Assembly: GCA_030704615.1 (NCBI GenBank)
Contig: CM060734.1
Span: 51,584,001-51,648,000 of the forward strand
Direction: 5' to 3'
DNA length: 64,000 nucleotides
Source: Takakia lepidozioides
Taxonomy: Eukaryota > Plantae > Bryophyta
How positions within the stretch are numbered: the first letter of the stretch is position 1; every line of letters begins with the position of its first letter. The notes below the pieces were generated by a model, which saw nothing but the letters and a program-made list of their open reading frames with translations, ran no database searches and was not told the origin of the DNA. The position numbers were made by a program, and so were the translations under genes. Of the stretch, positions 42,585-55,800 are shown in pieces.

Positions 42585-44589
42585 ATGGCTTATACAAGGA
42601 AGACTGCATTTAACATTGATGGTTATACTATACACTCCACATTATGTATACCGATAAATCAAAATTTATCACATATCTCAAAACTATCGTCAGATACACT
42701 AAACAAATTGACAGTTCAATATGAACAACTACAACTTGCAGTTATTGACGAAATATCCTTAGTTGGTAGCAGAATGTTTGAAGCCATTGACCAACGATTA
42801 TGGTCTATTAAGCATGTACACAACCATTTTTTTCGGAAACTTAGATGTCATAATGACTGGCGATTTCTATCAAGCTCCACTGGTAAGAAAGAGATGGATA
42901 TTTAAAAAATTGCAATCTGGACTAGACGCCCTTGCGCCCCACAATTGGCATGCACATGTCAAATGCTATGAATTGTAAACAGTTATGCTTCAATCTGATA
43001 ACACATTTATTCAAATACTTAATCGGTTTCGAACAGCATCACAAACAATTGTAGATATAAATACCATAAATAGTCTATGCCTAAAGACTCCGCCCCCTAT
43101 TCCAACACTACCATACATATACTACACTAATGAATTGACCATGCACATAATGATTATATTTTTTCCATAACCTCAGGTCAAATTTATAATTTCGAGGCTA
43201 TTGATGTACGACATCGTTCATGCCCTCCATCTCTAAATTTAAGCAAAGACCCATCCAAAACAGCAGGTCTCCACCATATCATCCGGTTAAAAAAAGATAT
43301 GTTGGTAGAGCTATCTGCTGGCAACTATCAAACATGGATATTGAGTCTCGTGATCTGAAGTTTTGCTCAGCTCTAGGTTTGGTGAGAGATTCAGAAGGAG
43401 AGAAGTCTCGTAGTAATGGTGCAGATGGTATATTTCAAGCCACAACATCTACTAATAATAATGACATCATTTGGATTGATTTTCAAAATCCAAAAATAGG
43501 ACTCTTGCTCACTAGACATAAAAACCAACACCTTTATAGTAACAATATAATCCCAACTTGGACTCCAATTGAACCTATCACAAAAGAAATTAGAATAGGG
43601 AACGTAGACTCCCATGTAATCACAATAATTCAATTTCTACTACAACCTGCTGCTGCAAGAACAATCCATCGATCTCAAGGTTTATCATTGGATGAAATGG
43701 CTTTTAATCCTACTAACGTTTTTAAACATGGACTAACTTATACAACACTTTCTCGTGTTCGCGCAAAAGAAAAGTTATATCTTTTATCTCTATTGCACCA
43801 AACCAACTTCCGAGTTGATGACTCTATAAATCACGAGATGCTGAGACTCAAATCAAATGCCAAATGGGAACTACAAGTTCCTAACTTAAGTATATACCAA
43901 CATTCCCATATCATAATTCAAAGCTCTAAACACAACGTCTCTTCGCCAACGTCACAAAGACATCAACTCTGACCACATTTTACAATTATCTAACATCCTT
44001 TGCATGACTGAAACAAGAATTCATCACTCAACATCTGAATTACAACAATACATAGATACCACAAAATTCAATTATATAGGAGCTTACGATGGTCATGGCG
44101 CTTTCATGTTATACACAAAAAAACATGACGCTTAATTAGCCGAAACATTAACATATATTGGTTCAGAATACATAGCTGTCAATTTCAACATAAATACACG
44201 TAAAGCAATATATGTCGTATCTATATATATAGATCACATTCTACAGACACCAAACTATTTCTAAAATATCTTGAAACTTTCATTTTGAAGGCCCCTCCGC
44301 ACTGCCCAACAATATTGATATATTACAAATCAATGACAATGACTTTGTAAATTCACAGTTACACAACTTTATGAATATGTATAAACTTCAGTCACAATTT
44401 CAAATGAGCACAACAAATAGTGGCTCACAATTAGACCACATATGGGCAAATGTGTTAGGGAAAGACTCTAAATCTGGTACCACAGAAGCATATTGGACTG
44501 ACTATCACAAACCAATATACATCGCTTACAAACTTCCAAACAATATTCCTATTTTCGTATCAACACAAATATTATCCCCTTTCATTTAA
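42585..44589 (+). mobile_element. Degenerate Helitron-superfamily PIF1-like helicase followed by an APE-like endonuclease (Helentron/Helitron2-type)
   Basis: Helicase motifs G.TIHS, IDEISLV, GDFYQ.P, NGADG, TIHRSQGLSL and YTTLSRVR, with frameshifts. These are followed by ILCMTETR, TTNSGSQLDHIWAN and YWTDYHKPI, which are APE-like. No Rep domain in view. Confidence 0.8.
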
Positions 44590-44631
44590 CCTCCCCTCTC
44601 TATTGCTCCCATGGACAGAGCCTCTCGCGGT

Positions 44632-45558
44632 TTACAGCTTGTTTGAAATGGTTGGCATGGAAGGTGGGTGGAGAGAGATTAAGGATTTAGCTTCTTCTGT
44701 GAAGCAAGTGTTTTGTACAATGCCAGCCACGAGTGTGATTATCACCGTTCTAACAAAAGCATGCCGATGTTTTTCTGAAGCCTTTGTGGGCACATTCTCG
44801 TTGCTGAGTTCAGGGCCCAGAACATTCAACAATGCTCCGGCAGCACAAATTTGGGTTTGGACCTCAGAGCTTGTGAGCAAGTTTATGAGCAAATGAATGG
44901 CCTCACTGTCTCGAATGAGAAGGCGACTCGCCACCTCACGCGATACGTTTTGTAAGGCCCCTGCCGCTGAGCCACACACACATTGCTGATTACTCTGGAG
45001 GAGCTTGATGAGCCATCGAATCCCGCCTTTCTTCCTGATTATACGAATGGCATCAACGTCCGAGCTCATGTTATGAAGTGCTCCGACCGCCCTAGCCTTT
45101 ACATTCACAGACTCAGCGGAGAGCAAGACTACCAATGGTGGAATTGAGCCAAGGCCACGTACTACTTTACGCCCTTCTGGTTGAAAGCAAATGCTCTGTA
45201 ACGCCCCCGTTGCATTGGCTTGAAGCTCCTCATCATCTGAAGTGAGAAACTCAACTAGGGTCGCGGCCCCCCCGCAACTTAATACATTGTTGACATTCTC
45301 CTTCTCATAGCACACATTTAAGATAACATTTGCCCCCTCCGCTTGCAATTTTGTTGTAGATTCTGGATCAGTAATGTGGCGAAGTAGATCAGTGATTGCT
45401 CTCTCGCCCACATTTTTTCGGTGTTTTTCTTTCCGAGATAATATCTTGAATTGGGTTAGCAAGGGTAAAAGTTGATCCTTCTCTAGCAATTGTTTTGTTG
45501 GTCCTCTGAGGCTAGCTTTGATTTGTTGTAGATTTTTAGACTCTTCAGGGGACTCCAT
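44632..45558 (-). CDS. Armadillo-repeat protein, single exon (308 aa)
   Basis: Intact ORF with serial ARM repeats (LQANATGALQSI, KARAVGALHNMS, SAAGALQNVS, CAAGALLNV). Confidence 0.85.
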   Translation of the reverse strand: MESPEESKNLQQIKASLRGPTKQLLEKDQLLPLLTQFKILSRKEKHRKNVGERAITDLLRHITDPESTTKLQAEGANVILNVCYEKENVNNVLSCGGAATLVEFLTSDDEELQANATGALQSICFQPEGRKVVRGLGSIPPLVVLLSAESVNVKARAVGALHNMSSDVDAIRIIRKKGGIRWLIKLLQSNQQCVCGSAAGALQNVSREVASRLLIRDSEAIHLLINLLTSSEVQTQICAAGALLNVLGPELSNENVPTKASEKHRHAFVRTVIITLVAGIVQNTCFTEEAKSLISLHPPSMPTISNKL

Positions 45559-47035
45559 GATCCCAAGGCTGACAAAGCTTCAAAGTTGTCAGAAAATTAA
45601 TTCCTGAGCTTATAAGAATTATGGTGCCGCCTACCGGCTAAGACCCTCATTCTGGAAAGGGAAGACAAAGTTGCAAGAATCGATTCTCCCAATGTCGCTA
45701 TCTCAAAAAGAGCCAACAAAGCCCACAATTTGATCTGACAAAGTGCACAAGCCGAGGAGAAGCATATGTAATATGAAATCCATTTGCTAGCTTAGAGAGA
45801 TGGAATTTATGAAGACTTTGGGTCTTTTGCTATTTTGCTGCTCAAGTTTGATCATAGGTCTTGTTGTTTATGCTGTGTAGATGGAGATCACCATGGTATT
45901 GACAGACAATGACAATCCTAGAAATCCACTCCACAACAATTCTTTGAAGCAAAGATGGAGGACTAGATAGTAAAACCCATACATAACTTGTTCCTAGATT
46001 CAGCATACACATCACAAAACTCCGGGTACTCTCATCCCTTTTGTAGATCAACTGAGGATCTATGACATAGATCAACACTCATCATAATTTCGTTTGTCTG
46101 CACAACGACTTTAAAGGCCGAGTTACACTGATCTCCTGCAAAAATGAAAGCTCATAGCGAGACGAGAGCGAGACAGGGTTCCCCAGTCCCCTTATAACCG
46201 CCTTTCAACCTCTCATGATGACCCGAATAATAGGTTGTTTGCCTGGTCTTTAACAATTGTGAACACGACAACGGAGTTGCAAAATCACCAGAATCATGCA
46301 ATAATCCGTTTGTCAAAACATGATGCAATTCCCAGTCAATTCCATCACTAAAGACTTGGCTCTTGACCTTCAATCCCTCCAACTCAGAATGCCCATGTGT
46401 ACGGGTCTTACAAACACTTCACTAATCCATAATCCTCAAGATTTTGATTGGATGTGTCGAAGGTCCAGATTCAGAACTGTTGCGGCTTGGAATGATTGAC
46501 TAGATAAGGGAGATGAACCATAAATGGACAGTTTACCTAGTGCTCATGGCTAGAATGAGTGGAGAAAAATGGACATAATTTTGATGGATTAGCAAATGAA
46601 AAAGTAACAAGATGTAAGCGGTTTCATGAATTATAATTGAAACTTGAAATTGATACGATTTTCCAAAGTTTGGACTCATAGACACCTATTTCTGACACAT
46701 AGGCCCCCCCAGAAGTGAACACCATTCATCCTATTATGGTTACTATGCCATCCAATTATAATTCTACGTTGTCTTGAAATATACATAAAGATAGGCTAAT
46801 TATGAAATTAATATTAACCTTAAATGGACATCAAGTAACCTTAAATGACTATCCAGTATGCTAATGTGGCATGCCAACAACATGCCCAACAAACCTCCAT
46901 ATGACGGTGCACGTCCCAATATCTGCGTTATAATATACTAAAGGAACACTAATATGGGCTACATAATGGAGCTCCTTGTTGCTCACCGTTGCGGGCTCCC
47001 TTTGCTTGCGTGCGTGCAACTTGAGCATACTGGAG

Positions 47036-47237
47036 CTGGCAGCCAGTACTATGATATTTTTTTTATCTTTTACTATTTTGATTTGGTGTTGATTTGGTGT
47101 TGATACATGCGTGGCTTGCTTGACATTGAATCGATACAAGCACAACTAACTGAATTGTTGCAACATGTAGGGTTAAAATAACATCCACTCATAGCGTTGA
47201 TTTTGTGTAGGATTAGTTCGTTCATTTTTAATTGTTA
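47036..47237 (+). repeat. Dispersed AT-rich repeat, copy 2
   Basis: Direct-orientation match to 42091-42282 with small indels. Confidence 0.85.
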
Positions 47238-47889
47238 AAGCCATGAGGAGGGTGATCCTAAGCTATAGGTGATGAATTGGTCCCTTACCATTCAAAAGAC
47301 AAGTTGAGCTACAATCCATTCATGTAGAAACAGAGTGACTAGAAGTACCCATGTGCAGAAAAAACTCTAGATACTTCTGTGGTCCTTAGCTCTGATAGTG
47401 GACTCTTATAAGCTTGATTTAATAGTGAGTAATAGGCTAGTTGAGCATGATACTAGTTACGTCCATAGATTGGCTGACAATGAAGCACCTATAGTGAATT
47501 CCAAATGTGGGCATCTCATTCTCTCCTCATTATGAGTGTTTTTGTGTTTTGGTTACACCCAAAGTTGCTTGAACGCAAGATGTAGGAAGGATTCCATTGT
47601 GTTGGATGCGGAGCCACCGCTTGGTGATGCAAAGGCTCTTGCCTCCCATCGACGATGTCTACGATCTCAAAAACGTCACAACCCTATTGAGCCTCTTACG
47701 TACAAATCCTATCAGCAATCCAGAACTTGAACCTCCAAACTATGGGTTTTGGTTTTTCCGATGAAGAGCATCTAGACGCGATGCATCACGGTTTTGCCCT
47801 TCTCTGACAACGATGCAAGGGCACCTTTTGATTCCACGTTCAACTTAGTACATTGGATTAGAACTTGTAGAAATTCTAGTGGTTTGTTA

Positions 47890-48884
47890 CCCCTAAAGGA
47901 CGAAGCGACCCAAACTGGGTCGGTTAGGTTTAGAAAAGTGTCTTATCACTGGGGTTAAGCCTGATTTGGGCATGTTTAGGCTCATTGGATAGGTAATCGC
48001 GTCAGCTATGAGGTGGCATTTCCCAATTTGTCATTGGGCCTGGCCCCAGCCACGTGGAACACCTAGAGTATGCCACACTCTTGGTTTTTTCAGCCCCATT
48101 TTGGGCAGCTAGCCTGCCCTCCATCCTACGTGTCAACTAGGGTCAGGTTAGGGAGAAATTCCACGCACCCCAGGGTGGCGCGTCTCCCAACCTTTATTGC
48201 GCCCCCCATTGGCAGGCAAAGGCAAAGGCACCCCCCCCCCAAAACTCACATACCTTAGGGCTACCGGCCAAAAAGTATAGGCAAACATAGGTGCACATGG
48301 AGATGTCATGGGCAGGGGAAAAAATCATATGAAGGAAAGCTCTGATTGGCGCGAAAGTTTTTTTTGTGCTTACACAAACCTGCCCACTACAGTACATCCA
48401 GAGCGATTGACAATTAAACGGTTCAGATCTTTTCACCAAATTTTCTAAGACGGTTTTGTGCTTGCCCCTTTGAAATTGGGAAATTTGACCCCCCAAATTG
48501 GCCATACAAAGCAGCCCACATGAGAACATGTCAGAAAAAGCTGAAACTTTCAGGGCAGGTGTCTTACCTAGCAGGGTACTTACAAGATTATGGTTTGTGT
48601 CATGTCAAAAAATTTCACAGCTGGGAAATTCGATAAGAAAAGCTGTGTTTTTCACCCCATTGTAAATAAGAAATTTGATTTTGGCCCAACTTCAACATTA
48701 TAATCTTGCAATCCGGCGGTTCGATTTGGACCAGACTTTTTGTGGTCATATCTTGGGTAGGTAGGAACATATTACAACGGTCAGTGTTACAGGGCCTGAG
48801 TAAATCCCAAGATATAAATTAGTTAGTGGGGAAGGGTCAATTTTTTGGGGGTGGACCCAAAAAATGGGGTTAGTCCTTTAGGGG
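47890..48884. mobile_element. Non-autonomous DNA transposon with 12-bp perfect TIRs (piggyBac-like ends)
   Basis: CCCCTAAAGGAC (47890-47901) and GTCCTTTAGGGG (48873-48884). Left flank TTA, right flank TTAA. No transposase ORF. Confidence 0.65.
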
Positions 48885-49812
48885 TTAACAAATGACATAA
48901 ACAGCCTATTCAAGAAAGTCTTGTTCCATCCATACTTTAAATTGGACCACCGAACATTAAGATCACCCGTTGATGTAGAACGTTATGAAGGGACAATCTC
49001 AGATATAGCAGATGATTCAAAGCAACTTTCAATTGATGGCCACACATTTAGGTGTTTCTACCAATTGTGCAACTGTTATTTGTCACATAGGCTTGGAGTA
49101 AGTTAGTATTCTTATGCTAGTTCGATCTAGTTCTGATTTTGGTGGCGGTATTACAGGGCCATCAACACTTTTACAACCATTTTCTCGACTTGGCAGAGAT
49201 CAGAATTCAACCTTGTGAAGATTCATGCTATGAGTCATTACATGGATTCCATTCCTGAGGTCAGGGGCTACTTTTGAATATAGTTCCAACCTCTATGAGC
49301 ACTTGCATATTGCATTAATGAAAGCAGCCTAGGGTCAGCAACACTAGGAAAGATTATTCTGGGTATATTGTCAAACATAATAGAAGGCTCCAAGCTCTTA
49401 GGAGGAGATAGGGTATGGATCATACCTTGACCTACTTGTTCATGCACAAACATTCATCTCTTTCTATATGTAGTCACATTTGACGGACTGATATTAAAAG
49501 AGATCACCTAGACCACTCACCATTCTCAGATTGTTTAACTTCATCTGATTGTTGTCATTTATGTTGAGGCAGTGGAGTCAAGTTTCAATGTCTTTTCTGG
49601 ATTTCAAGCCAACCCTTGAACTGCCCCACTGCAAGGAACAAGAAGACAACCACAATAGCCACCTCCCACTGCCTGCTTTCTCAGCATATCTGCAATTTCA
49701 AAGGGGGTGAAAGTGAACCCTTGTGGGTTTCAACCCAGTACAGGCTATGGTGTGGCAAGGAGTCTGAGAGTCTGAGAAGAGGAGAGAGACGAAGGAGCCT
49801 GGGGGAGGATCC

Positions 49813-52800
49813 ATGGCGGCAAGGATGGGTGTGGCAGGCGGTGCAGTGGGCAGGATGGTGGTCCAGGCTGCTGGATTTCCTGCGGTCATGGCGTGTGCTC
49901 TGCGTTTGCCGCATCTGCTGCTGCATTCAGCGAGGTTTTCTGCAAGGGGATCATCTCGGAGGGCGAGCTGGGCAGGCCAATGCTCTCGAGTGTACTCCGT
50001 GTTTAGGGATTTGCACGCAGGTTGTGCAGCTGGGTTTGAGGAGAAGATGAGAGAGAGGAAGGGCGAGCTGGTGCTGGGCATTGAAACCAGCTGTGATGAC
50101 ACCGGTGCCGCTGTGGTCTGTCTGCCAATTATCCTTATTTGTACTAAAATCGGCTGGGGGAATTGTGCAGCTTATGTATAGTTGAATCTGTCAGTATATA
50201 ATTTCCGCGCTGAGTGAGTGGCGGGGTCGCTGTCCATGAAAACATTCAACGAGGATAGTTGTGATAGTAATCTTGATTTGGTGCGGCAAGATCACTTGTT
50301 TCGCTAGAATTTTTGCAGCTGAATAATGTTTTCGACTCCCTTGTTTTCTGTCGATTACAAATTGCGAACTATTGCTATTGCTATGGGACAACGATTCCAT
50401 TGGCAGGGAAATGCTAACTTCCAGGAATTCTATGGGTCTGCCTCTTGGGACGGCATCCTTCCGATGAAGAAATCTTGGATGTGGTGTCTCAGATGTATCA
50501 CATGTTAGTGCCACTTTGTCGTTGAGTATCTTAGAAGGTTCCCTCTTACTGGACTTGAGGTTCAGGGTTTAAGGGATCTCTCCAACATGGATCACAGAGT
50601 GCATTCTCCTCCCAAGAATATGTAGACTAGGACCCACCGGGACAGTTAGCTTGCTTTATCTTCCCGGAAATAGGAAGAGTACAAATAGTGCCCACTTTTT
50701 TGAAGAAAGGGGGTTTGAAAGCAAACAGAGAGGGATGGGCAAGTTTATGGAGAAGGAAGTGCTACTTTCATGGTTGGACGAGATGGAGAGCATTGGCTGC
50801 AACAGGCCTTCTCAATATATTTCTTTGTCTGAGAATGGAACTTGTGAGGAAAAATATTGAAGTAGGTTAAGCACAAAAATTTCGTTATCGTGGTTGCTCG
50901 GTGAGAAAAGGACCTTGTGTGGATGTGGTGTGGCAGGTAACTACAAATGGCCTTATTCTGGGTGAAGCACTTGCATCACAGGTACATTTGGTGTTTGCCA
51001 TTGGCCCACTTCTTGCACTTCATTCCACTGACTGGTCACTGCAAAGTACATAGATGATTTCTGTTCTTTGAGTTCCCAGTATCATGATGGTTGTGAGTGA
51101 TAAATGTGTGATTGTGTGTGAAGGCAGATCTCCTTGCACAGTGGGGAGGTGTGGTGCCCAATCTGGCACAGGGAGAGCACTCCAAGGCTATCGACAGGGT
51201 ATATTCTCTTTTGGAAAATCGGATATGGATAGACTACTCTTTGTTTGGAAGTCTTGGTTGATCACCACCAAAATATGGCTTCCCAACTTTTCTCCACAGA
51301 CAGCTAATTTCCTGTGGAATATGCAGCCTGGTTGTGGAGCCCAGCATTTTAGTTTCCACCTGATTTTCCAACCATCCTTTGCTGTCAGCACTCACCCCAT
51401 TTCAAATGAGAGTTTGCCTCAGCTAGTGTCTGTATGTTCTTGGTGTAAGTGAGATTCCTTGTGTTCACATGGCTTTATGCATCATTGTTGCTCTGCGTGT
51501 TTGCTTTAGATGATAAATCCATGCTCAAACGTGATTGTTTTGTGAATGATGTCAAGATGCGCAGGTGGTAGAAGAAGCTCTGGCAAGCGCAGGAGTGGAG
51601 GAATCAGAGCTTTCAGCGGTGGCTGTTACCATTGGCCCCGGCTTAAGCCTGTGCCTTAGTGGTGAGGCTCTGGCACACTCCTGTCATCCATTACTGGAGT
51701 GTTGGAGAATTGAGCAACATTTGAAGGAGTATATTAGTAAGAATCTGGATAGCTGGAGCACAGTTTTCTGTCTCTAGCAGTCTTTATGTGTCTGTTGCAT
51801 GACAAAGGGTTCTGCCTGGATGCAGTGGGTGTGAGAAAGGCCAGGGCAATTGCACGAACACATCGACTGCCACTGATTGGTGTGCATCACATGGAGGCCC
51901 ATGCGCTAGTGGTCAGGTGCTCTTTTGTGGGCCTCTTTGAGGTCATTTATTTCCTGTGGATCATTGTGCAGCCGTAGGCTGGCCTTCCACGTTTTAGATC
52001 TCCGGATGCCAGTCCTTGGATTGTCTACACTCAGTGTTGGCATTTTGGCTTGGTGGCAAGACGCAGGTTGGTTGTGTCTATGGAGAGAAAATATACACAT
52101 TGACAGTTCGCTGCAAACGTTGGCTATGATGCACCCTTCAGACCATAGTCCCTGCAGGATTCTAACTCTCGTGGAGCCAATCATATGGGTCTTCAGCCTA
52201 CCAGGGTATGAGACCCAGAAAAGGTGCTTAAGAGTGTTGGGTCGATCGTAGGAGTGCTTGTTTACATGCTGATGTCTTTTTCTGTCTGTGTGTAGGCTGA
52301 CAGAGCAAGGAGTAAGGTTCCCATTTGTTGTTCTTCTTGTTTCCGGTATGCTTACCTTTGCGCCTCTCCCTCACTTATACCTTCCCTCTTGTTTGAGATT
52401 GTAGATAGTTAATGCTATAAATATCAAGTACTGGTATGATGCAGAAGGGAATCGCTCCTTGTAGCTTCCAATGAGTTGATTAAATATTTTTTGGATGACA
52501 GGGGGTCATAATCTTCTGCTGCTGGCACAAGACGTCGGGCAATACTTGCAGCTTGGCACCACTGTAGACGACGCTATTGGCGAGGTGGCTTGCATTCCAT
52601 AGGAGCAAAGTAATTGTGTGCCTGGAATTTGGTGCTTGTTTCCTTCTTATTGAGTTCGTCAGGCTTGATGGTCTTGGCCCAGTCCACTCACGGATGTCCG
52701 CTCTTTTTTCATTGTTTCTTGTAGTCGTCTTGTACATTTGGCTAATGCCATTCCAGTCACTTTCTCCAGTTGTTTTGAGGCCCCGCAGCTTACTATGTAG

Positions 52801-55800
52801 TGCATGGCATGATATTTTTGACAGCACCTCTTTATAACCAAACTGAGTAATATGATGATGTAGGCTTACGATAAGACTGCAAGGCTTCTTGGGCTCGACT
52901 TGAAGCACGGAGGGGGTCCTGCACTTGAGCAAATTGCCCTTGAAGGGGATCCTAATTCCTGCAAGTTTTCTGTGAGTCAACAGTACACTGCCTGTCAAAG
53001 AATGCCATACGCAGCTATGGGAAGTTCTCTTATGCTGCATCTCCTACTTGCATCATGCGGACTACAAAATACACTTCGGGGACTTGTGGGGATTGGCTTG
53101 CTTATGATTCCAGCTACAGTTCTCCCCTCACATTGAAATAGTCTTCCATGCATCTGTCTCTAGAGTATACAGTTACCCTCAAGTCTGGAAATAAGAAGCC
53201 ACACCATAAATTTCTTTGCTTGTAATAGTTGCTCAGCATGCCTATCCTTTTTTGACCCATGTTGTATCATTTGACAGGTGCCAATGCGCACTCAGCGGCA
53301 CTGCAACTTCTCATATGCAGGCCTCAAGACCCAAGTCCGGTTGGCAATTGAATCTAGAAACATGTCAGTGTTCACAGGTCATCCATTGCATCTAAACTTT
53401 GTTGATCAAGTTCATCCTTGCTGTACCATAAGAGCAAGGGTGGATATGGCCCAATGGGTGAGGTTGGCATTGCTAATAGAACAAACCATGCAAGGCTATG
53501 TCATTATTAGATAGGGTTATGCTGATATATTTGACATGGGTAGAGAGACGCAAAATTACTGGAATCTTTGCCTACCATAACCTCTTGCCTGTAGACCCCA
53601 TGCCTGAGCAGAAAAGGTGGAAGAGGGGATTTGAATTTGGAGAAGTTTTCAGTGATGACCTACTGAAGTGTGTGCACAATGTTGAGGAGCTCAACGCCTG
53701 GGAATAGTTTTTCTCATAAAGTGTGTTGTGGGTTTAAATGGAACGCAGTAAGGCTGATGTGCCAGTATCAGAGGCCAGTAGAGAGGAGCGGCGAATGCGG
53801 GCCGACATTGCAGCATCTTTTCAGGCAGTTACTCATCTCCTTCGATAATCTGATATCCACTTTGCTTTTTGGACAGGCAATGGGTGAGGGCAGGTTGTAG
53901 GAAATGCATTGAAGATGGGAGCAGTTTTGAGCATAATGAGTGTAGTTGACCAGCATCATTGTATTGCATCTTTGTAATTCTGGCTTCACTTGGCTGCACA
54001 GAGTGTTGCAGTGCTACACTTAGAAGACAGATGCCGCAGAGCTTTGGAGTGGGCGCGCAACATTGATTCCTCCATAAGTTGCCTGGTAAAGCTAGTGGTT
54101 CTGAGAAACATACGAATTGACTTGACATATGCTTTTCCTTGGCCGCGAATTCATAGAGTTCCGTCCGTCTCAGATAGAATCTTGTTAAAGGACTATGGGA
54201 CATGGGGATGATCGTGGCCCTGAGGTAGAGAGATTTACCTGTCATGAGCTACAGCCAGAGCTGTAATGAAATGTTGGTATCTAGTCTTTCCACAGTATGT
54301 TCTACTTGAATGACGGAAATCTGACTAAACGTTACATATCAAATGTGAGTCTGGAGGTCATTCTGCAGTTTACAGAGAGAAATATCTTTGATGTTGCTCT
54401 GCTGGATGTGGGTTTTCATGGGTAGGTGGTGTCAGGAGGTGTTGCTTCCAATCAAGTTGTACGGAGCAAGCTCAGAGTGGTTGCACAAGATGTTGGACTT
54501 CACCTTGTCTGCCCACCCCCACGGCTTTGCACAGACAATGGTCTTTCTCTCTCTCTCCCTCTCTCTCTCCCGCGGACGTTATAAAGCACCATTTCATTTC
54601 ATTTCTCTCGCTACAAGGCTACGGCAAACAACATCTTATGAGTACATTCTGTCTGTCTGTCTGTCTGTCTCTCTTACGAAGTTCTGTTCACCAACTTTCA
54701 AAGTCTTGAGGCTGAGCCTAAAGCCGTGGCCCTGGCCCTCTTCAGGGCCAGTAGGTACGTGTTGAGGTGCAAGTAGCTCTCGAAGGCGTCAGCAGGCAAT
54801 CCCCTTGAGAAACAATGCTATCTACATAGGAGAGGGGAAGGAAAGGTACCTCTGATGGTGGTTGTATCACTTCTTCCACCGATGGTTTCTCCCTACCTTG
54901 CGCTAGGGCGTTCGCCTCCTGCGTCTGGGGCGGTTCCTCTCCTCCTTGGTCTGGTGACCTTGATTCTGGACTTAGGCCCTCCCCCAGGCAACACCTACAT
55001 TCTCTTATGAAGTTCAGGTCATAGTGTTCAAAGAAAGCATGTTGGCATGTTCTACAAGAGCTAATGTGGCTGTTCGGGGCAAGTTTGGCACACCTCCCTC
55101 AAGTTCTCAAAGAGATGAATCCAAGGTCAGATGGTGTGGTCAGTTGAATCGCATGTCTAATAGATAAGCGACAGTATTTCTGGGAAGCAAGACCGTCCTA
55201 GTAAACAGGCTAAGTTTGGCAGGAAAGGGTAGAAGAGATTTTCAAGTATCTGAATATTAGTCCAGAAGAGTTGACCCTATTGGATGAAGCTGACCTGGAG
55301 GGGGTTGTTCCTAAAGCAAGCTAAACTAATTGTCTTTACAAGGTAAGTCACACTACTGGAGTGAGCCCATCACTCAGGTAGTTTCTGTTCAAACTGGGCA
55401 CAGGGTCTACGTTCACAAGGCTATGGCAATGGCAAGCAAAGCCTTATGAGTACATTCTCTAACGAAGTTAGGCATAGAACTTCCCTGATTTTGTTACCAG
55501 TTTGACATGGTGAGGACCTTGGGACACCAGCTGCCCAGAACTCACAGCCATCAGTAGCGGCAGGGGTGACCACCGAGAGCCACTTCTTGGTCAGAGTGTG
55601 GTGCAGGTGTATTTATTTGCGTTTAGCCTGAGGGCAAATGGAGGCCCTTTGCCCTTCATCAATCTATCCATGGCAATCCATGCAAATGGAAATCTGGGTG
55701 AGTGGATGACCAGACCCAGGTATGGGTATGATTTCATGACCTTGATCGCTTGCTGTGGCCAGTCTGTGGATAGACTGGTAGGTGGAACATCCTGCAACGT

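Noticed and set aside
50240-50870. Possible L1 relic in GCP1 intron 1 (FHWQG...ASWDGI)
   Set aside because: The resemblance is too weak to support without a profile search.
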